Virus record (IMG/VR): IMGVR_UViG_2623620506_000005
Span: 1-39,993 of that record
Reading direction: 5' to 3' (one strand)
Source: a virus
Taxonomy: Duplodnaviria > Heunggongvirae > Uroviricota > Caudoviricetes
Length of the DNA: 39,993 nucleotides
Position numbers and translations under genes: made by a program. Below the pieces are notes generated by a model. The model worked only from the letters and a program-made list of their open reading frames with translations, had not been told where the DNA came from and did not search any database. Every line of letters starts with the position of its first letter. Positions within the stretch are counted from its first letter, which is position 1. Shown here in pieces: positions 8,326 to 17,279 of the stretch.

Positions 8326-8689
8326 CTGTAAATATTTTTATAAAAATAATGCCCACACACAGCATAAAACAAAAAGTATCACAGATAAAAAAGGAGCGTA
8401 ATGTGCAGATTTGTTGTTTTCCATATTTACTCACTTTAACATAATCAATATTGATATGGTTGTTGTTTCGGTGGTTTCAAACGAGATGTTATGGTGATCT
8501 GGTAAAATTACATAACATTAAAATTTAATTTATCTAATCGCTTTTAATAATAAGCGTTGTGTTTATCCCAACAATCTGTTGTTTGACTTTTATTCCATTA
8601 ATGTAGGGGCTTTACACTGGAACCAGTTTATTTATACTTTATACGCCAGCCTGAACAACTGGCACCTGCTGCGCCAGCAGAGACAACCG

Positions 8690-8968
8690 ATGGCGCACGA
8701 TACCAAATTACACAATTCTGATGATTCTGCCGTCTTTGCCAGCAGGTGCGGACGGCGTTTTCATGCATTCAAATCGGACTGGTTCCAGCATCCACCATGC
8801 ACTGAAGAGCAGGCTGAATGGATAATTCAGTGTTACCGCAGGCGCGGATACGAGGTTAAAAAAGCCCTTAGCCTCGACTACCGTCACTGGATAATCTCCG
8901 TCAGGCTTCCTTACTCCGAACGCCCACCGCGTCCGTCCCGCACATTCCAGCAACGCATCTGGAGGTAA
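8690..8968 (+). CDS. hypothetical protein
   Basis: ORF 8579-8968 (track start is TTG); internal ATG 8690 chosen. Ends 1 nt before the DUF968 gene. No family recognised. Confidence 0.4.
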   Translation: MAHDTKLHNSDDSAVFASRCGRRFHAFKSDWFQHPPCTEEQAEWIIQCYRRRGYEVKKALSLDYRHWIISVRLPYSERPPRPSRTFQQRIWR

Positions 8969-8969
8969 C

Positions 8970-10019
8970 GTGCGGGTATTACTTCGACCTGTTCTGGTAC
9001 CGGAACTCGGGCTGGTGATCGTTAAGCCGGGCCGTGAATCCATGCCGGTATTCCACAATACCCGGGTACTGGTGGAGCCGGAACCGAAAAGCATGCGTGG
9101 TCTGCCGTCCGGAGTTGTTCCTGCCGTTCGCCAGCCGCTGGCGGAAGATAAATCATTACTGCCATTTTTCAGCGACGAACGGGTGATTCGTGCTGCCGGC
9201 GGCGCTGGTGCACTGTCTGACTGGCTCCTGCGTCATGTTAAATCCTGCCAGTGGCCTCATGGTGACTATCACCACAGCGAAACCGTCATACATCGTTACG
9301 GCACCGGCGCGATGGTGTTGTGCTGGCACTGCGACAACCAGCTGCGTGACCAGACCTCAGAATCACTTGAGCAACTTGCTCAACAAAACCTGACAGCATG
9401 GATGATTGACGTCATCCGTCACGCAATAAGCGGTGCGCAGGAGCGGGAATTATCGCTGGCTGAATTATCCTGGTGGGCTGTCTGCAATCAGGTGGCGGAC
9501 GCACTACCGGAGGTAGTATTACGTCGTTCTCTGGGGTTACGTGCGGAAAAAATTCGCTCGGTGTACCGCGAAAGCGACATCATACCGGGAGAGCAGACAG
9601 CCACCAGCATACTGAAGCAGCGCACAAAAAATATTGTGCTATCGCCTCACGTCCACCAGCAACAGAACTCACCGCAGGAAAAGGCGGTGGTCAGCATTGC
9701 CGTTGATCCGGAGTCTCCGGAATCTTTCATGAAACGACCTAAACGTCGCCGTTGGGTTAACGAGAAATACACGCGCTGGGTGAAGACACAGCCGTGTGCG
9801 TGTTGTGGTAAGCCAGCCGACGATCCCCATCACCTGATTGGTCATGGTCAGGGCGGAATGGGGACAAAATCCCACGATATTTTCACGCTACCGCTGTGCC
9901 GGGAGCATCACAACGAACTTCATGCGGATCCGCTGGCGTTCGAAGAAAAGCATGGTTCTCAGGTTGATTTAATTTTTCGTTTTCTTGATCACGCCTTTGC
10001 AACCGGTGTGCTCGGGTAA
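8970..10019 (+). CDS. DUF968-family prophage protein (YdfU-like) with C-terminal HNH-like Cys/His motif
   Basis: GTG 8970 after GGAGG RBS; 349 aa; C-terminal CACCGKPADDPHHLIGHGQGG...CREHHNELH; typical neighbour of rusA/Q in lambdoid prophages. Confidence 0.7.
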   Translation: MRVLLRPVLVPELGLVIVKPGRESMPVFHNTRVLVEPEPKSMRGLPSGVVPAVRQPLAEDKSLLPFFSDERVIRAAGGAGALSDWLLRHVKSCQWPHGDYHHSETVIHRYGTGAMVLCWHCDNQLRDQTSESLEQLAQQNLTAWMIDVIRHAISGAQERELSLAELSWWAVCNQVADALPEVVLRRSLGLRAEKIRSVYRESDIIPGEQTATSILKQRTKNIVLSPHVHQQQNSPQEKAVVSIAVDPESPESFMKRPKRRRWVNEKYTRWVKTQPCACCGKPADDPHHLIGHGQGGMGTKSHDIFTLPLCREHHNELHADPLAFEEKHGSQVDLIFRFLDHAFATGVLG

Positions 10020-10031
10020 AAGAGGTTACTG

Positions 10032-10403
10032 ATGCGTATAGAGTTTGTTTTGCCTTACCCGCCGACGGTGAACACCTACTGGCGTCGTCGTGGCAGCACA
10101 TATTTTGTATCAAAAGCCGGTGAGCGTTATCGCCGTGATGTGGCGCTTATTGTTCGCCAGCAGCGGCTGAAATTAAACCTGTCCGGAAGGCTGGCGATAA
10201 AGATTATTGCAGAGCCACCGGATAAGCGCCGTCGTGACCTGGACAATATTCTGAAAGCACCACTGGATGCGCTGACGCATGTGGGACTGCTTATCGATGA
10301 CGAGCAGTTTGATGAAATCAATATAGTACGCGGTAAGCTCGTTCCTGGTGGTCGGCTGGGCGTGAAGATTTGCGAAATTAGAGGTGATAGTAATGGGGCG
10401 TGA
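10032..10403 (+). CDS. rusA: RusA-type Holliday junction resolvase
   Basis: 123 aa; RRRDLDNILKAPLDALT catalytic region and overall similarity to remembered E. coli RusA. Confidence 0.85.
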   Translation: MRIEFVLPYPPTVNTYWRRRGSTYFVSKAGERYRRDVALIVRQQRLKLNLSGRLAIKIIAEPPDKRRRDLDNILKAPLDALTHVGLLIDDEQFDEINIVRGKLVPGGRLGVKICEIRGDSNGA

Positions 10404-10764
10404 TATGTATGAGGTTTTAGACCGCTGGGGGGCATGGGCTGCAGCAGAAAATAGTGGTGTCGACTGGCAGTCGATAGCGGCAGGCTTCAAGGGGCTTCTA
10501 CCACACGGTAAAAAGTCACGCCTCCAGTGCGATGATGATGAAGGAATTATGATTGATGGATGTGTGGCCCGGTTGCGGAAATATAAGCCAAAAGAATATG
10601 AGCTGATAATTGCACACTTTGTCATCGGGATTTCGCTCCGTACAATTGCAAAGAAGCGGAAGTGTTCAGATGGTACAATACGAAAAGACATGCAAACAGC
10701 AATGGGGTTTATTGATGGCTGCTTGTCATTTTTCATTTACTACAATGACTTAAGTTCTATGTAA
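10393..10764 (+). CDS. Q: late-gene antiterminator Q (QuuD/phage-82 type)
   Basis: ATG 10393 (RBS GAGGTGA); VLDRWGAWAA...SIAAGFKGLL...CDDDEGIMIDGCVARL matches remembered QuuD-like antiterminators. Confidence 0.75.
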   Translation: MGRDMYEVLDRWGAWAAAENSGVDWQSIAAGFKGLLPHGKKSRLQCDDDEGIMIDGCVARLRKYKPKEYELIIAHFVIGISLRTIAKKRKCSDGTIRKDMQTAMGFIDGCLSFFIYYNDLSSM

Positions 10765-10769
10765 AATCG

Positions 10770-10805
10770 TTCTACTTTCCCAACTTTTATGTGTATATAA
10801 TACCA
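10770..10805 (+). promoter_or_regulatory. candidate late promoter (PR'-like) downstream of Q
   Basis: Perfect TATAAT at 10796-10801 in the 51-bp gap between Q and the next gene; weak -35. Confidence 0.3.
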
Positions 10806-10815
10806 GGATAAAGTA

Positions 10816-11868
10816 ATGGAGAATCTTGTGAACATTCAGGCAGTAGACATTTTTTGTGGTGCGGGGGGCTTAACTTTTGGGCTAAAAAAAGCCGGGATTG
10901 AGGTTTCTCATGGTATTGATATTGATGAATCCTGCCGTTTTGCTATTGAGAGCAATAATCCTTTAACGCAGTTCATTAATCAGTCAGTTACAGAACTGCA
11001 ATCCTGCGATGTGTCTGCTATGTTCAGGGAAGGAAATATTAGATTGCTTGCTGGATGTGCTCCTTGCCAACCGTTTTCCAAGTATCGTAATCCAAATAGC
11101 CGTAAAGACGATACAAAGTGGCGTTTGTTATATGAGTTTCAAAGGCTTGTAAGTGATGTCATGCCAGAGCTTGTGACGATGGAGAATGTTCCTCAACTTA
11201 GAAACCATAAGGTTTTTGAAGGGTTTGTTAGTGCATTAAAGACTCTTGGATATCATTTGTGGTACGACGTTGTAAGATGTTCTGAGTATGGCTTACCTCA
11301 AAATAGACGTAGATTAATTCTAATTGGTTCCCAATTGGGGCCGATCAGCCTTGATCAAAAAAAAGTTAGCCGTAAAGTTACTGTTAAGGATGCTATTGGT
11401 AGGTTGCCAAAAGTAGGGGCAGGTGAGAAGCTGGAAAGCGATCCCTTGCATCGTTCGCCTAAATTGATGGATATCAATCTTAAACGAATCATGCATTCTT
11501 TACCTGGTGGTACATGGGATGACTGGCCTGAAGAAATTAGAGCAGACTGTCATAAAAAGAATTCAGGTGCTACCTATAAAAGCGTTTATGGACGGATGGT
11601 TTGGGACGATACTAGCCCTACGATAACTACCCAGTGTTATGGATATGGAAATGGACGATTTGGCCATCCTGAGCAAAATCGCGCCATAACTTTGCGTGAA
11701 GCTGCGATTTTGCAATCCTTTCCAATGGATTATAAATTCCTTGACAAGGAGACGCCTTTTTCATTCCAAAAATTGGGGACAATGATTGGAAATGCTGTTC
11801 CCCCTATAATTGGTCAGATAATAGGGGAAACATTTATCAGACATGTTGAGGGGATAAATACCCGTTAG
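10816..11868 (+). CDS. DNA (cytosine-5)-methyltransferase
   Basis: Motif I FCGAGG, motif IV PCQPFS, ENV motif, C-terminal GNAVPP. Confidence 0.9.
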   Translation: MENLVNIQAVDIFCGAGGLTFGLKKAGIEVSHGIDIDESCRFAIESNNPLTQFINQSVTELQSCDVSAMFREGNIRLLAGCAPCQPFSKYRNPNSRKDDTKWRLLYEFQRLVSDVMPELVTMENVPQLRNHKVFEGFVSALKTLGYHLWYDVVRCSEYGLPQNRRRLILIGSQLGPISLDQKKVSRKVTVKDAIGRLPKVGAGEKLESDPLHRSPKLMDINLKRIMHSLPGGTWDDWPEEIRADCHKKNSGATYKSVYGRMVWDDTSPTITTQCYGYGNGRFGHPEQNRAITLREAAILQSFPMDYKFLDKETPFSFQKLGTMIGNAVPPIIGQIIGETFIRHVEGINTR

Positions 11869-12526
11869 AGGTAATATAATTTTCTGTTGAGTTGATTAAT
11901 AAACGCAAATATAGATCAATTCTTTCTGACCTCGATTTGACTTCTTCTAAAGGGTCTATTTGACCTTTTTTAGAAAAGCTGGTACTTCCATGTGCCAGCT
12001 CATTTCTGATATCTTTAAGTAAATCTAAGTCAACGCCATTTCTACACTCTGGTGAGTTTGCAACAGTTATTCCGTAAGCTTGTGTTATTTTGTGCAATAC
12101 AGACTTGCAAACATTACCATTGAATTCTTTACGTATGTTTAATGAGGCTGAAATGATCCTTTTAGATATATCGGAACCAATTTTTTGATAAAGAGATTTT
12201 CCCGATTCATTATCTGAAATGATACGGTGCAAGATATTTACTTGGAATTTCTCCCTGAGTGATGCGTAATTTACTTCATTATCTTGCAAATGGTCATAAA
12301 TTGACTCAATGCATCCTCTGGCAGTGTTTTCAACCTGATTGTACAGCATCATGTGCACGGATGATTTTAAAATGTTAACCCTAAGGGTATTAGATTCTAT
12401 TTCATCTTTATGCGTTTGCTGATCTAAATGCTGAGTCTGAGCCTCTAAAGATGACGCAAGAGAAAGCAATTCCATAATATCTCTTGCTCTTTCTTCGTAT
12501 TCATCTCTTAAATCAATCAAACTCAT
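11837..12526 (-). CDS. HEPN-domain protein (MAE_28990/MAE_18760-like), putative RNase partner of the DUF262 protein
   Basis: 229 aa; Rx4H motif RNELAH (R174..H179) near the C-terminus; start 2 nt downstream of the DUF262 stop. Confidence 0.6.
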   Translation of the reverse strand: MSLIDLRDEYEERARDIMELLSLASSLEAQTQHLDQQTHKDEIESNTLRVNILKSSVHMMLYNQVENTARGCIESIYDHLQDNEVNYASLREKFQVNILHRIISDNESGKSLYQKIGSDISKRIISASLNIRKEFNGNVCKSVLHKITQAYGITVANSPECRNGVDLDLLKDIRNELAHGSTSFSKKGQIDPLEEVKSRSERIDLYLRLLINSTENYITSNGYLSPQHV

Positions 12527-12528
12527 AG

Positions 12529-13686
12529 TTACATTCCTAATAATTTATCTTTGACATAAAATATTCTGTTTTTGAGTTGGCTGGTGTTGTTGGCACTATC
12601 AGCAGTAACTATGGTTTCAAATTCCTCCCCAAACAGCCAGTCTCCTACAGGAATAACCGGAGCCTGTAGATGTGGATTGGCTTTTAAGGCAAGAGCAGTT
12701 CCCACTGCTATGGCTTCGTATCTTGCACGGGGGGTGGTTTTACTTGTTGCTGTCTTTTTAAACCCCATAGGAAAATGAGCATCTACAAAAGCAAGCATGC
12801 TCTCAAAATCATGTTTAAAATTGTCAACATCTTGTTGTGTAACCCTTTCGGCTTGAACATTAAGATAATTGTCAATAAAAGGAGCGACATAACCCTTATA
12901 ATTTTCTAAATCATTTAAGTATGCAAAAAATCTCAAAACTAACTCACGATGATCGCCATTCGAACGCTTCCTGTCTGATAATGGAGCTAGGCTAGCGAAA
13001 AGTGGATTTGTTGAGCAAGGGGTCACAACGTCTCTATAGAAAATTGAAGTAGCCGCATCTGAACCATGTCTAACCTCCATAGCTTCCAATCTCTTAACAC
13101 CTGAGTTTATCCTTTCGAATAAATCTCTCCTATGTTGCTCCTCAACATCACCTTTCAATTCAATAAATCTTAGTGATGCCCTTAAAAATCGTCTTTGGCG
13201 ACTAGCCAAAAGATCTGAAAATTTGAAACCCTCTAAACTTTTGAGTTCTTTTAAATCTTTTAATTCAAACTGATTGTTCCAAAAGTAATAAATTGAGCGA
13301 ATCCTTTGTGAGCCGTCAATGATTTCTACCCGACCATCCAATTCTGGATCTTCATTAAATACGTCTGCAATGTAAAGATACGGTATTGGAAAATCTAATA
13401 ATATGCTTTCGATAAATCGAGAGGCTGTTTTGATATCCCATTTGTAGTCGCGTTGATAATCAGGAATAAAAAGTTCGTTTTTGTCAGTTTCAAGATTATC
13501 GCCATACTTTTGTACAATTACTTCAACGGTCCATTCACGTACGTTGTATCCAATGCTTCTCTGTGCGAGCCTAATCTCGTTGTCGGCAGAGGTGACCAAG
13601 GCTGCGATTTCAGCCTTTTTTCTGTTTTTCGCGTTTTCATCTTGAATCTGATCAAGCTCTTCTTTAAGTTCTTTGAGTGTAGTCAT
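12529..13686 (-). CDS. DUF262 (ParB/Srx-like NTPase-nuclease) domain protein
   Basis: 385 aa; DUF262 hallmarks IPDYQRDYKW (76-83) and IIDGSQR (122-128). Confidence 0.8.
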   Translation of the reverse strand: MTTLKELKEELDQIQDENAKNRKKAEIAALVTSADNEIRLAQRSIGYNVREWTVEVIVQKYGDNLETDKNELFIPDYQRDYKWDIKTASRFIESILLDFPIPYLYIADVFNEDPELDGRVEIIDGSQRIRSIYYFWNNQFELKDLKELKSLEGFKFSDLLASRQRRFLRASLRFIELKGDVEEQHRRDLFERINSGVKRLEAMEVRHGSDAATSIFYRDVVTPCSTNPLFASLAPLSDRKRSNGDHRELVLRFFAYLNDLENYKGYVAPFIDNYLNVQAERVTQQDVDNFKHDFESMLAFVDAHFPMGFKKTATSKTTPRARYEAIAVGTALALKANPHLQAPVIPVGDWLFGEEFETIVTADSANNTSQLKNRIFYVKDKLLGM

Positions 13687-13712
13687 ATAACAGTTCCTTT
13701 AATTGAATATGG

Positions 13713-13741
13713 ATTGTAAGAAAACTATAACGCGTACGCAA
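13713..13741 (-). promoter_or_regulatory. candidate sigma70 promoter for the DUF262-HEPN operon
   Basis: Minus strand: TTGCGT (-35) - 17 bp - TACAAT (-10), about 25 bp upstream of the DUF262 ATG and its AAAGGA RBS. Confidence 0.4.
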
Positions 13742-13934
13742 AAAATATTGTATCGTGTTAAGAGTGGTTGCTTCGCCACGCAGCTTAAAACCGCCGCAGA
13801 GCGGGTTTTTTTATGCCTGAAAATTGCTGCAGTACGTTAAACGCGCTGGTGGTTGCGAATACTGATCTTTCAGCTTGCTGGCTTTTTGGACAAGAGTTAT
13901 TGGTATGTCACGTTAACCAGAAAAGGGAAAAGAC

Positions 13935-14132
13935 ATGCTAAAACAGCAGGATATGACTGAAACCGCCAGAGTGGTATTTAATGAATTAAGCGTCACCGAA
14001 CCGGCGACCGTCGGGGAAATTGCGCAGAATACTTACCTTTCACGCGAACGCTGTCAGTTAATACTGACCCAGCTTGTTATGGCGGGTCTGGCAGATTATC
14101 AGTTCGGTTGTTACAGACGCCTTCCTCAGTGA
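13935..14132 (+). CDS. small winged-helix-like DNA-binding protein (possible regulator)
   Basis: 65 aa, RBS AAAAGGGAAAAG; HTH-like PATVGEIAQNTYLSRERCQLILTQLV. Confidence 0.4.
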   Translation: MLKQQDMTETARVVFNELSVTEPATVGEIAQNTYLSRERCQLILTQLVMAGLADYQFGCYRRLPQ

Positions 14133-14282
14133 AGGCTTTTTTATTTGTGGTAATGGGCGGCTGGTGGGTGTTAGCGGCACCTGCCAGCCATCTGCTCATG
14201 CGTTGGGGTCACAAGCAAACCTCAGGCCCATCTGCTTTGCGCAAAAGCGGTATGAGCCTATCAGAGAAGTGCTTATTGATCT

Positions 14283-15329
14283 ATGGCTAATACTGTAAAA
14301 ATATCCAGTTGTGAGTTAATCAACGCTGATTGCCTGGAATTTATCCAGACCTTACCGGAAAACTCTGTCGATCTTATAGTCACAGACCCGCCATACTTTA
14401 AAGTGAAACCCGAGGGCTGGGATAACCAGTGGAAGGGCGACGATGATTATCTGAAATGGCTGGACCGATGTCTGGCGCAGTTCTGGCGGGTACTGAAGCC
14501 TGCCGGAAGTCTCTACCTGTTCTGTGGTCATCGCCTGGCATCTGATATCGAAATCATGATGCGTCAGCGCTTTAATGTACTGAACCACATTATCTGGGCG
14601 AAGCCGTCCGGACGCTGGAACGGATGCAACAAGGAAAGCCTGCGGGCGTATTTCCCGGCAACAGAACGCATTCTGTTTGCAGAACATTATCAGGGGCCAT
14701 ACCAGCCCAAAAATGACGGCTATGCGGCAAAGGGGCGCGAGCTAAAACAGCACGTCATGGCCCCGCTGATTTCTTACTTTCGTGATGCGCGTGAATCACT
14801 GGGAATAACGTCAAAACAGATAGCGGAAGCCACCGGAAAGAAAAACATGGCTTCGCACTGGTTTGGTACCAGTCAGTGGCAGTTACCGAACGAGGGTGAT
14901 TACAACAAATTGCAGGAGTTGTTTGCGCGTGTTGCGGCAGAAAAACATCAGCGCGGGGAACTGGAAAAGCCACACCACCAGCTGGTCAGCGCATACAGTG
15001 AACTGAACCGGCAATATGCCAGCCTGCTGGCAGAGTACAAATCTTTACGGCGTTATTTTTCCGTATCGGCTGCTGTTCCTTATACGGATGTCTGGACGTA
15101 CAAGCCAGTGCAGTATTATCCGGGCAAACATCCCTGTGAAAAACCAGCGGATATGTTACGTCAGATAATTACCGCCAGCAGTCGTCCGGGAGACTTGGTT
15201 GTCGACTTTTTTATGGGGTCAGGCTCCACAATTAAAGCCGCAATGACGCTGGGGCGTCGGGCAATTGGTGTGGAACTGGAAAAAGAGAGATTTAATCAAA
15301 CTGTAACTGTAATAGAAAATAATCTTTAA
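14283..15329 (+). CDS. DNA N6-adenine/N4-cytosine methyltransferase (beta-class, DPPY)
   Basis: 348 aa; DPPY at 35-38; C-terminal AdoMet motif VVDFFMGSGST. Confidence 0.85.
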   Translation: MANTVKISSCELINADCLEFIQTLPENSVDLIVTDPPYFKVKPEGWDNQWKGDDDYLKWLDRCLAQFWRVLKPAGSLYLFCGHRLASDIEIMMRQRFNVLNHIIWAKPSGRWNGCNKESLRAYFPATERILFAEHYQGPYQPKNDGYAAKGRELKQHVMAPLISYFRDARESLGITSKQIAEATGKKNMASHWFGTSQWQLPNEGDYNKLQELFARVAAEKHQRGELEKPHHQLVSAYSELNRQYASLLAEYKSLRRYFSVSAAVPYTDVWTYKPVQYYPGKHPCEKPADMLRQIITASSRPGDLVVDFFMGSGSTIKAAMTLGRRAIGVELEKERFNQTVTVIENNL

Positions 15330-15494
15330 ACACGCTTTCTATTATTTATTAATTATTGAAACAATAAAAACATATGAGTATATTTACAAATATTGACATT
15401 GATTTTTATTGAAAAAATATCTTATCTCGTTAATATTCTCACCCGGTTCCGAGGGGGTATTGCTGGGGCATTTTATTTTTCTTGAGGAACCATT

Positions 15495-15570
<76 letters not shown>

Positions 15571-15573
15571 TAT

Positions 15574-15648
<75 letters not shown>

Positions 15649-16014
15649 GCAGAGGACGATGCTAGGCCGTTTCAGGCACTGACACATTATATGTGTGGGA
15701 TGTTTTTAACCTAACTCCTTACCACATCCTGTTCTGTAATGAATATTATTTATTACGGTACCAGTGCTGTTTTTTTACAATAGTGGAATGGTGCATTACT
15801 GGTGGAGATTTGTATTTCCTGGCAGGGCTGGTAATGTATCATTCCGGTGTTGTAAATGACACCCCAGAGACGTTCCTCAGTGCGAGGGTGGTTGAAAGAG
15901 TCGGTTTTGCGGGAAACCACAGCATCCATGCAGGACTGGATGTTTCGGGAGGCACCCGACGTCTCTGGTCATAATAAAATCATCGTTTTCTCTTCATGCC
16001 ATTTTATGCCATAG

Positions 16015-16040
16015 ACCGCCACGCCAGGCGGTTTTTTTTT
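16015..16040 (+). terminator. rho-independent terminator
   Basis: ACCGCC-loop-GGCGGT hairpin followed by nine T. Confidence 0.5.
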
Positions 16041-16222
16041 ATTCAGAATTCAGTATTTATGCGGCTCGCTACGGCGGGCCTTTTTCATATCCGCGCCACG
16101 CCCGGCGAATATCAAAAACCACAGAGCCTTTCAGGGGTGAGCTTACGGGATGGTCAGTGTGACTTTCTCTGTGGGCTGGTCACCCCCGGGCGCAGGCTCA
16201 CCCACTAAAAGGAAAAGTCACG

Positions 16223-16648
16223 ATGTTTGGTATTTTCAAAAAGAAAACCCGCAAGGCCATTACTGAAGTGAAGAAGATGGAGAACCGCGACGCAGTGGAG
16301 GCGACTGTCTGGGGCGCGTATTCCATAGCATTCGCCGACGGCACCTGTGATGCGAAAGAAATCGCTGTGCTGGAGAAAACCATTGCAGCACTTCCTGCTT
16401 TTGCGCCGTTCTCGGGTGAGATTGCACAAATGAGTGCAAATATCCGCGCCCGTTATGAAGCGTCGCCGCGCTCTGCCAATGCTGAAGCCCTTCGCCAGCT
16501 GGCTGATGTTGCCGGTACTGATGATGCAGTTAATGTACTGTGCCTGTGTCTGGATATCGCAGACCAGGATGGCATTGGTCCGGATGAAGAAGCGCAGCTC
16601 AAGAAAATTGCTCAGGCGCTGCAGTTACCGCTGGAGCAGTACCTGTGA
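16223..16648 (+). CDS. TerB-like (tellurite-resistance TerB fold) protein, tentative
   Basis: 141 aa, RBS AAAAGGAAAAG; acidic helical protein with ADG...E and DIADQDG motifs; assignment from memory. Confidence 0.4.
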   Translation: MFGIFKKKTRKAITEVKKMENRDAVEATVWGAYSIAFADGTCDAKEIAVLEKTIAALPAFAPFSGEIAQMSANIRARYEASPRSANAEALRQLADVAGTDDAVNVLCLCLDIADQDGIGPDEEAQLKKIAQALQLPLEQYL

Positions 16649-16797
16649 AAAGTGCGCGCCTTGTGCTGGCTGCCATCCTGCTGTTTCTGGTAGTGGCGGT
16701 GGATTTCACCGGACGGCTGATGTCGGTGCTGGCAGATGGTGTGCTGGTGGCGATGGCGCTGGTCGTGCTCCGGCCTTTACTGCGTAAATCTGAATAA
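16645..16797 (+). CDS. small hydrophobic membrane protein (50 aa)
   Basis: GTG start overlapping the upstream stop (GTGA); highly hydrophobic; not in ORF track (<60 aa). Confidence 0.3.
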   Translation: MKSARLVLAAILLFLVVAVDFTGRLMSVLADGVLVAMALVVLRPLLRKSE

Positions 16798-16886
16798 CAC
16801 CACACAAAAGGCATCTGCGGGTGCCTTTAACGGGGTGTTTTTTACGGGCCGCTGGTGGCCCTTTTTTATTTACAGGAGAAAAAAGT

Positions 16887-17279
16887 ATGTCTGAACCCTT
16901 ATCCGGTTCCGGCACAGCTGCGGCGCTCGGTGGGGCGACGGTGTACGGGCTGTTTACCGGAACGGATTTCGGGATTGTGTTTGGTGCGTTCGCCGGGGCG
17001 TTATTTGTGGCAACGATGCCGCAGGCGCTTTCAGCCTGGCGTGTGGCGGCGCATTTTCTGGTGTCGTTCATTATCGGCGTGCTGGGCGCAGAGGTTCTGG
17101 CATCCTGGCTGGTAAAGCATACAGAGTTTGACGGTGCACCTGTCGACGCATTGTGTGCAGTACTGGTGTCAGTGGTGTCGGTGAAGATTCTCTCGTTCAT
17201 CCACCAGCAGGATATTGCATCGCTGGTGTCCGGCCTGTTCTCCCGCCTGCGGGGTGGAGGAGGCGGCAATGTTAAGTAA
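16887..17279 (+). CDS. holin-like multi-TM membrane protein
   Basis: ATG 16887 after CAGGAGAA RBS; Gly/Ala-rich transmembrane segments; directly upstream of the endolysin. Confidence 0.5.
   Translation: MSEPLSGSGTAAALGGATVYGLFTGTDFGIVFGAFAGALFVATMPQALSAWRVAAHFLVSFIIGVLGAEVLASWLVKHTEFDGAPVDALCAVLVSVVSVKILSFIHQQDIASLVSGLFSRLRGGGGGNVK

Noticed and set aside
13787-13812. Possible bidirectional terminator (A-run, weak hairpin, T-run) between the DUF262 gene and the wHTH gene
   Set aside because: The stem is only 3-4 bp with a mismatch; too weak to call, and it overlaps the putative promoter region.
14352-14687. 111-aa minus-strand ORF inside the N-methyltransferase gene
   Set aside because: Fully embedded antisense to a CDS with clear methyltransferase motifs; no RBS or independent support.
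15693-16208. Two plus-strand ORFs (93 and 70 aa) downstream of the tRNAs
   Set aside because: AT-rich, no convincing RBS, and the second runs through a terminator hairpin at 16015-16040; more likely non-coding spacer, though a small gene cannot be excluded.
16706-17269. 187-aa minus-strand Pro/Ala-rich ORF overlapping the holin-like genes
   Set aside because: Antisense to plus-strand genes with RBSs and membrane-protein character; composition typical of a spurious frame.
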